Virus record (IMG/VR): IMGVR_UViG_3300032268_000759
Span: 90,841 to 154,840 of that record
Direction: 5' to 3' (one strand)
Source of the DNA: an uncultured virus (IMG/VR IMGVR_UViG_3300032268_000759)
Taxonomy: Duplodnaviria > Heunggongvirae > Uroviricota > Caudoviricetes
DNA length: 64,000 nucleotides
Under the pieces are notes generated by a model. The model had not been told where the DNA came from and did not search any database. It worked only from the letters and a program-made list of their open reading frames with translations. Shown here one piece after another: positions 57,953 through 64,000 of the stretch; the stretch's first letter is position 1, and every line of letters starts with the position of its first letter. Made by a program: the position numbers and the translations under genes.

Positions 57953-59636
57953 AGTAGATACTTTCTTCACTTTATCAGGTGGAGGTTGTATTTTTTTAAT
58001 GGATACATTAGGAAACACTGAAAATATAAAATATGTGGCTAACCACCATGAACAGGCTTCAGCTATAGCAGCTGAAGGTTATGCTAGAATGCATGGTAAA
58101 ATAGGTTGCTGTATTGTAACTAGTGGACCTGGAGGAACTAATACCTTAACAGGAGTATTATGTAGTTGGTTAGATTCTATTCCTATGATTGTTATTAGTG
58201 GTCAAGTAAATAAAGAAATGACTACTAATTATACAAATCTTCCATTAAGACAATTAGGAGATCAAGAATTCAACATAATAGACTCAGTGAAAAATATGAC
58301 TAAATATGCTGTTCAAGTAAATGATCCTAAAACTATTAGATACCATTTAGAAAAAGCATGTTTTGAAGCTACAAATGGAAGACCAGGTCCTGTATGGTTA
58401 GATTTACCTTTAAATGTTCAGTCTTTTGATATTAATCCTGAAGAATTAGAGTCATTTACTCCTGAAGATAACTTACCTAAACCAACTAATGAAGAAATTA
58501 ATCATATAATAGATAAACTTAACAATTCAAAAAAACCACTACTTATTGTTGGAAATGGAGTTAGATTAAGTAATGGAATAAATGAATTAAAAGAATTTTT
58601 AAATAAAACTAATATTCCTGTTATCACTGCGGTAAATGGAAATGATATAGTAAATGAAAATTATATAAATTACGCTGGAAGATTTGGAACTCATGCTCAG
58701 ATATGTGCTAATAATTTATTAGATGAATGTGATTTTCTTTTGACTATAGGTTCAAGATTATATGTTAGACAAACAGGTTATAATTTTAAATCTTTTGCTC
58801 AAAATGCTTATAGAATATATACAGATATAGATTTAAATGAATTAAATAAACCATCATTATTTCCTGATTATAAAGTAAATACAGATGCTAAAATTTTATT
58901 GAGTGAGTTAAATAAACAATCTATAAATCAAGTATCTCAAAGTTGGCAAAACCATGTTCAAGATAAATTTAAAAATAATATTACTGTATTAGATAAACAT
59001 AGAGATAAAATTAATACTGTTAGTAATTATCATTTTATTGAAAAATTAAATAATCACTTAACAGAAAAAGATCATGTTATCACTAGTGATGGATCAGCTA
59101 ATGTAGTTACTATGCAAGTCTTAAAATTAAAAGGAAACCAAAGACTAATTACAAATACTGGATGCGCACCTATGGGATATGGACTCCCAGCAGCTATTGG
59201 AGCGAGTAGTAATAATACTAGAGTAATTTGTTTAGAAGGTGATGGTAGTTTACATTTAAATATTCATGAGCTTCAAACTATGAAGCATAATAATTTACCT
59301 ATTAAATTAATTATTTTAAATAATAATGGTTATTTATCTATTAAATTAACTCAAAAGTTTTTATTTAAAGGTAAATATGTAGCTTCTGAAGAAAGTAGTG
59401 GAGTAACATTCCCAGATTTTAAAAAAATATCTAAAGCATATGATTTACCTTATTTTAGTATTAAAAATCATGATGATATAGATTTAGTATTAGAAAAATT
59501 TCTTAAAAATGATAAACCATCTATATTAGAAGTTTTTACAGATGAAAATGAATCTCATGAACCTAGAGTAATACCTGTTTTAGATGAAAATAGAAATTTT
59601 ATACCTGGAAAATTAAGTAATATACAATGGATTTAA
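57906..59636 (+). CDS. ThDP-dependent enzyme, acetolactate-synthase family (YerE-like)
   Basis: HHEQAS..AAEGYAR, TSGPG.TN, GRPGPVWLDLP, MGYGLPAAIGA, GDGS...NNNGY. Confidence 0.88.
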   Translation: MRLSDYVIQFLRDSYKVDTFFTLSGGGCIFLMDTLGNTENIKYVANHHEQASAIAAEGYARMHGKIGCCIVTSGPGGTNTLTGVLCSWLDSIPMIVISGQVNKEMTTNYTNLPLRQLGDQEFNIIDSVKNMTKYAVQVNDPKTIRYHLEKACFEATNGRPGPVWLDLPLNVQSFDINPEELESFTPEDNLPKPTNEEINHIIDKLNNSKKPLLIVGNGVRLSNGINELKEFLNKTNIPVITAVNGNDIVNENYINYAGRFGTHAQICANNLLDECDFLLTIGSRLYVRQTGYNFKSFAQNAYRIYTDIDLNELNKPSLFPDYKVNTDAKILLSELNKQSINQVSQSWQNHVQDKFKNNITVLDKHRDKINTVSNYHFIEKLNNHLTEKDHVITSDGSANVVTMQVLKLKGNQRLITNTGCAPMGYGLPAAIGASSNNTRVICLEGDGSLHLNIHELQTMKHNNLPIKLIILNNNGYLSIKLTQKFLFKGKYVASEESSGVTFPDFKKISKAYDLPYFSIKNHDDIDLVLEKFLKNDKPSILEVFTDENESHEPRVIPVLDENRNFIPGKLSNIQWI

Positions 59637-60412
59637 AAATTTTAATCACAGGTGGAAATGGTTATATAGCTAAAGGTCTTTATAATGGATTAAAGGATAA
59701 ATATGATATAACTTTAATTACAAGAAAGGATCTTGATTTAACAGACGGAGAAGCTACCACTCAGTGGTTTAAAAATAAGTTTTATGATGTAGTCATTCAT
59801 TGTGCTGTTACAGGAGGTAGTAGATTAAAAGCTGATACTTTTAAGGACATGGATGGAAATTTATGTATGTATTATAACTTACTACAATGTCAACTCCATT
59901 ATGATAAATTTATTCATTTTGGATCAGGTGCTGAATTATCACAAAAAGATACTCCATATGGTTTAAGTAAACATGTTATACGGCAATCTATATTAGAGAA
60001 GAATAAATTTTATAATATAAGAATATTTGCTATATTTGATGAAAATGAGTGGGAAACTAGATTTATTAAAACATGTATTAAAAAATACATTAATAAAGAA
60101 CCAATGTTATTACAAAATAAAAAAATGTCTTTCTTTTATATGAAAGATTTAATTACACTAGTAGATCATCATATTCTAACATATCCATATTCTTTAATAA
60201 AAGAAAGTAGTTGTGCCTATGTTAATTCAACTTCATTATTAGATATAGCTAATTTTATAAATGAATTAGATAATTATAAAGTTCGAATTTATGTAGATAC
60301 ACAAATAAGTGAGGATTATGAATCAAACTATAATGCTCCATATGGATTAAAATATATTGGATTAAAACAAGGAATTGTAGAAACATATAATAAAATAAAA
60401 AATGAATATTAA
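59627..60412 (+). CDS. NAD-dependent epimerase/reductase (extended SDR)
   Basis: ILITGGNGYIA, IHCA, YGLSK. Confidence 0.8.
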   Translation: MDLKILITGGNGYIAKGLYNGLKDKYDITLITRKDLDLTDGEATTQWFKNKFYDVVIHCAVTGGSRLKADTFKDMDGNLCMYYNLLQCQLHYDKFIHFGSGAELSQKDTPYGLSKHVIRQSILEKNKFYNIRIFAIFDENEWETRFIKTCIKKYINKEPMLLQNKKMSFFYMKDLITLVDHHILTYPYSLIKESSCAYVNSTSLLDIANFINELDNYKVRIYVDTQISEDYESNYNAPYGLKYIGLKQGIVETYNKIKNEY

Positions 60413-61349
60413 AATATTAGTTCATATAATGCCATGGGATATAGATTACGCGTTACTTGCTTTTGACAAGTTAAAACAATCTTCTTATTTCATAAATAGT
60501 GATGATAAAATTTATATTGATTCTTTTTTAAATTTATCTCATAGTATTATTGATTGGAATAATTCTTCTTTTCCTAAAGAATATTTTATTAAAAAATATC
60601 AAGTACTTGATGACTTAATAAAAGATGTTTTTACTCATAAATCTTTTATATATGATAAAGAAGGTATTTATGGTCATTTAGATTCTCAAAAAGAAATTAT
60701 TGAATCTCATATTGACTATTATATTGGACTATGCCCTGATGTGAATTTTCAAGAACATTTATTATACTATTTAATTGAATCAGCTAAACAAATAAAAAGT
60801 GAATATTTTGTGTTGACTCCACAAATATTTAAAAGTTGGGACTCAAGTTGGGATACATTAGTAAATCAGAAATTTCAACATGTACCTTATGAAAAATGTA
60901 TAGATACTGACATACATGAAATAAGACATGCCTGTTCAGATTTAGGTGAACCTACTTTAAAATCAATTAGTCATTTTAAATTTGCTGGTTGGTTTGACTT
61001 ATGGAGTAAAAATTTTTATGAAAAATTAGTTCCAGTATTAGATGAATGGAAAGGATATGGACCTTGGGATCTATATGCTATGAATGTATGTGATATAGCC
61101 AAATCTTTAAATGTGGATGTTAAACAATATGTTTTAGAAAATCAAGTTATATGGTTTCAAGATACAGGATGCTGGAAAAATGAAAATGAGTATGGTGGTG
61201 ATGGTAAATTAAGATTAGTTTATAAAGATTTTCTAAAACTAAAACTTGGAAGACAAGAACAAAGATCATATATTGATACAAATTTAAATTCTTATTTACA
61301 TCAGTGGGTAGAATACGCTAACAATAATGGCATCACAAAATCAAAATAG
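60402..61349 (+). CDS. putative GT-A glycosyltransferase
   Basis: LCPDV (DxD-like), KFAGWF, KGYGPWD; sugar operon context. Confidence 0.5.
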   Translation: MNIKILVHIMPWDIDYALLAFDKLKQSSYFINSDDKIYIDSFLNLSHSIIDWNNSSFPKEYFIKKYQVLDDLIKDVFTHKSFIYDKEGIYGHLDSQKEIIESHIDYYIGLCPDVNFQEHLLYYLIESAKQIKSEYFVLTPQIFKSWDSSWDTLVNQKFQHVPYEKCIDTDIHEIRHACSDLGEPTLKSISHFKFAGWFDLWSKNFYEKLVPVLDEWKGYGPWDLYAMNVCDIAKSLNVDVKQYVLENQVIWFQDTGCWKNENEYGGDGKLRLVYKDFLKLKLGRQEQRSYIDTNLNSYLHQWVEYANNNGITKSK

Positions 61350-61896
61350 AATCAGAAGTGTAGGTAAACATACTTACGGACATCATAATATTGAAATATA
61401 TTATTGGGGTGAAGGTACTTGGCTTGATATAGGTAGTTTTTGTTCTATATCAGGTCACATTAATGTATATTTAGGAGGTAATCACAGAACAGATTGGGCT
61501 ACTACATTTCCATTTGGTCATATCCATCAAAATGTATTTAATAATTTTAGTGGAGAAGGACATCCTCAAACTAAAGGTGATGTTAAAATAGGAAATGATG
61601 TTTGGGTAGGAACAAGTGTAGTGATTATGAGTGGTGTTACAATTGGAGATGGAGCTGTATTAGCTAATAATTCTGTTATAACTAAAGATGTTGAACCATA
61701 TACTATTATTGGAGGTAATCCATCTAAAGTAATTAAAAAACGATTTGATGAAGAAACAATAGCTCAATTATTAGAATTAAAATGGTGGGAATTAGATGAT
61801 TCTTATATTAATGAAATGTCTCCATACCTTTGCAATTCTAATTTTAAAGAATACATCTCAGACTTAATTAAAGCAAAACAAGAAATAAACAAATAA
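61327..61896 (+). CDS. hexapeptide-repeat O-acetyltransferase (CatB/Vat-like fold)
   Basis: IGSFCSI, GGNH, IGNDVWVG, IGDGAV, GGNP.K.IKKRF, LKWW. Confidence 0.85.
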   Translation: MASQNQNRIRSVGKHTYGHHNIEIYYWGEGTWLDIGSFCSISGHINVYLGGNHRTDWATTFPFGHIHQNVFNNFSGEGHPQTKGDVKIGNDVWVGTSVVIMSGVTIGDGAVLANNSVITKDVEPYTIIGGNPSKVIKKRFDEETIAQLLELKWWELDDSYINEMSPYLCNSNFKEYISDLIKAKQEINK

Positions 61897-61897
61897 T

Positions 61898-62479
61898 ATG
61901 TACGATTTAGAAAAAATAGTAAATCAAATTTATCAAACTCCATCAGATATTAATGAACATATTCCTACATTAATTGAATATGCTTCTGAATGTGATACAA
62001 TAACTGAAATGGGAGTTAGAGGAATTACCTCAACATGGGCATTCTTAGGAGCTGCTCCTAAAAGATTAATTAGTTATGATATGGAAGATCCATCTCATTA
62101 TGGTTCAAATATTCAAACAGTATATGATGTTGCTAAACAATATGGTTTAAACTTTTCATTCACTAAAGCAGATGTACTTAAAATAGATATTGAAGAAACA
62201 GATTTATTGTTTTTAGATACATGGCACGCTTATGATCAATTAAAAGCTGAATTAGAACGACATTCTTCTAAAGCTAAAAAATATATTATAATGCATGATA
62301 CTACTTCTTATGAACAAAGAGATGAACCATTAACTTCAGAAAATACATTTGAAGGAGAAAAATCATCAGGTAAAGGTTTATGGCCAGCAATTACTGAATT
62401 TTTAGAAGTAAATAATGAATGGCAATTACATAAGCGTTATACTAATAATAACGGATTAACTATTTTAAAACGTATCTAA
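61898..62479 (+). CDS. class I SAM-dependent methyltransferase
   Basis: EMGVR..ST, DLLFLDTWH, MHDT, NNNGL. Confidence 0.75.
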   Translation: MYDLEKIVNQIYQTPSDINEHIPTLIEYASECDTITEMGVRGITSTWAFLGAAPKRLISYDMEDPSHYGSNIQTVYDVAKQYGLNFSFTKADVLKIDIEETDLLFLDTWHAYDQLKAELERHSSKAKKYIIMHDTTSYEQRDEPLTSENTFEGEKSSGKGLWPAITEFLEVNNEWQLHKRYTNNNGLTILKRI

Positions 62480-63174
62480 TGAAAATAAAAGTATTTGTAC
62501 GACACTGTAATTTTTCCTCTAACTCAGTAGGAAAAAATAAACCAGATTGGTTTTCAAGAGAAAAATGCTGGGATAGTCTAAAGTCAACTTCAGATGAAAA
62601 TACAGAAATAAATGTTATGTTTGATGGTGAACCTAATAAAGAACATTTCTTATATGACCCATCAGAAGGATATAACTTAATTTGTAAATATGGAGGAAAT
62701 GATGGTAAGTCATTTTTGAATCTATTAGAGTATGTTTATGAGCAAGATATAGATGATGATACAATTCTATATTTTTTAGAAGATGATTATATCCACAGAT
62801 CAGGGTGGACAAATATTTTAAGAGAAGGATTTGAATATATTGGAGTAGATTATATTACACTTTATGATCATAAAGATAAATATTTTTTACCTATGTATGA
62901 TGATCTTCAAAGTAAAATTATAGCAACACCTTCAATTCATTGGAGGACAGTTCCATCTACTACTAACACATATGCTATGTTAGCCAAAACCTTTAAAAAA
63001 CACTATAGTATTCATAGAGAATATTGTGATTTAGAAAAAGGATATACTCGAGATCATGATAAGTTTCTTAGATTATGGAATGAAGGATCTCATTTAGTAT
63101 CATGTATCCCAGGTTATTCAACACATTGTGAAGTAGAATATTTATCACCTTGTGTAGATTGGAGTAAAATATGA
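62479..63174 (+). CDS. GT-A glycosyltransferase
   Basis: GNDGKSF, YFLEDDYIH, STT.TY, PGYSTH. Confidence 0.65.
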   Translation: MKIKVFVRHCNFSSNSVGKNKPDWFSREKCWDSLKSTSDENTEINVMFDGEPNKEHFLYDPSEGYNLICKYGGNDGKSFLNLLEYVYEQDIDDDTILYFLEDDYIHRSGWTNILREGFEYIGVDYITLYDHKDKYFLPMYDDLQSKIIATPSIHWRTVPSTTNTYAMLAKTFKKHYSIHREYCDLEKGYTRDHDKFLRLWNEGSHLVSCIPGYSTHCEVEYLSPCVDWSKI

Positions 63175-63923
63175 TTAGTGTAATAATACCAACATATAAA
63201 AGTCCTGAAGTATTAGACTTATGTCTTCAGTCAGCAATTGAAGGACAAGAAAAGAAAAATCAAATAATTGTTGTAGTTGATGGTTATTATGATATTAATA
63301 AAGAGGTGTTGGAGAAGCATTCAAAATCAATTGATATACTTAATTTAGAGGAGAATGTAGGACTATGTCGAGGAACAAATTTTGGTGTGTATAACGCCAA
63401 GTATGACCCGATTCTCATTGTTAATGATGACAATGTATTCCCACTTGGTTGGGATACAAAGTTATTAAGTAAGTTTCAAAAAGGTTGGGTATTTGCTCCA
63501 AATCAAATTGAACCAAACCCAAGTATGTTTCCTCAATTTAATATTAAAAACTTGGGACGTACAGTTGAGGAGTTTGATTTAAAAACATTTCAAGAATATG
63601 AACAAACATTATCTGTTGATAAAACAGAATTTAATGGTTCAACACTCCCAATATTCATGTCTAAAGATGATTATTTAATTGTTAATGGTTGGGATGAAAA
63701 CTACAGTCAAGGAATGGTAGCAGATTGGGACTTTTTCTTAAAATGTAATAAAGCAGGATTTCAAATGGTAAGAACATATAATACACATTTTTACCATTTT
63801 GCTTCAATATCAGTTAATGGAGAAAAAAGGCAACAAGCAGAACAAGAAGCACATATGTGGGCTATGTATAAGTGGGGAAAACCAATTCAACATAACCCAA
63901 AAAACAATCTTAAATATTTATAA
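63171..63923 (+). CDS. GT2 glycosyltransferase
   Basis: ISVIIPTY, VVVDG, N.G, VNDD, GWDE, DWDF, YHF. Confidence 0.88.
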   Translation: MISVIIPTYKSPEVLDLCLQSAIEGQEKKNQIIVVVDGYYDINKEVLEKHSKSIDILNLEENVGLCRGTNFGVYNAKYDPILIVNDDNVFPLGWDTKLLSKFQKGWVFAPNQIEPNPSMFPQFNIKNLGRTVEEFDLKTFQEYEQTLSVDKTEFNGSTLPIFMSKDDYLIVNGWDENYSQGMVADWDFFLKCNKAGFQMVRTYNTHFYHFASISVNGEKRQQAEQEAHMWAMYKWGKPIQHNPKNNLKYL

Positions 63924-63960
63924 TAAAGTTTGGCTTTTTAAAATACTTTAATTATATTTA
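63913..63960 (+). promoter_or_regulatory. tandem late-type (63913) and Bacteroidetes-like (TTTG 63929-N20-TATATTTA 63953) promoters
   Basis: Both motifs match their consensus. Confidence 0.6.
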
Positions 63961-63964
63961 CACC

Positions 63965-64000
63965 ATGGCAAGAACTGTGAAACAATATGTACCACCAAAC
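63965..64000 (+). CDS. start of a gene truncated by the window end
   Basis: ATG GCA AGA ACT... directly after the promoter. Confidence 0.5.
   Translation, partial: MARTVKQYVPPN

Noticed and set aside
56903-59636. aroB and ilvB as amino-acid biosynthesis auxiliary genes
   Set aside because: No other shikimate or branched-chain amino-acid genes, no regulatory subunit, and both are embedded in an NDP-sugar operon
61327-61896. Antibiotic resistance gene (CatB/Vat)
   Set aside because: The fold is shared with sugar O-acetyltransferases and the gene lies among glycosyltransferases

Overview
This is a 64-kb, AT-rich piece of a large myovirus genome with T4-like tail and replisome genes. All credible genes lie on the + strand, tightly packed and often overlapping, with no Shine-Dalgarno signals. 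Layout: (1) ~0.1-8.7 kb, tail-fibre/adhesin region with two Ser/Thr/Gly-rich fibres, three LamG paralogues and a GIY-YIG endonuclease. (2) 8.7-20.2 kb, contractile tail: sheath, tube, a gp26/gp51-like chaperone pair joined by a U7 slippery site, tape measure, baseplate and tail lysozyme. (3) 20.3-30.9 kb, replication: an atypical short family-A polymerase, SSB, RecA, 5'-3' exonuclease, GIY-YIG, DnaB, NrdB/NrdA. (4) 31.4-37.3 kb, a 7-deazaguanine cluster: TGT/DpdA-like, tRNA-Glu, QueC, QueD, QueE, FolE, HPRT-like, MazG-like and two thioredoxins. (5) 37.4-49 kb, a third fibre gene, PolB, clamp, GroES/GroEL, clamp loader and a PD-(D/E)XK nuclease. (6) 49-64 kb, a ~15-kb glycan locus with about seven glycosyltransferases and a cassette (His-type PLP 3-dehydratase, aldolase, SDR, DHQS-like cyclase, ThDP enzyme, epimerase/reductase) resembling branched-chain deoxysugar synthesis. 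Two promoter classes can be read from the DNA. One is a fixed-spacing Bacteroidetes-like motif, TTGG-N19-TAnnTT(T/A)A, which suggests a Bacteroidetes host. The other is a late-type AATATTTATA motif. The main candidates for new biology are a virion glycosylation system (glycan locus plus an [ST]-G-S motif concentrated in virion proteins), a 7-deazaguanine DNA-modification pathway with extra nucleotide-pool enzymes, and a PolA homologue lacking the ribonucleotide steric gate. All calls come from motif recognition by eye; no database searches were run.
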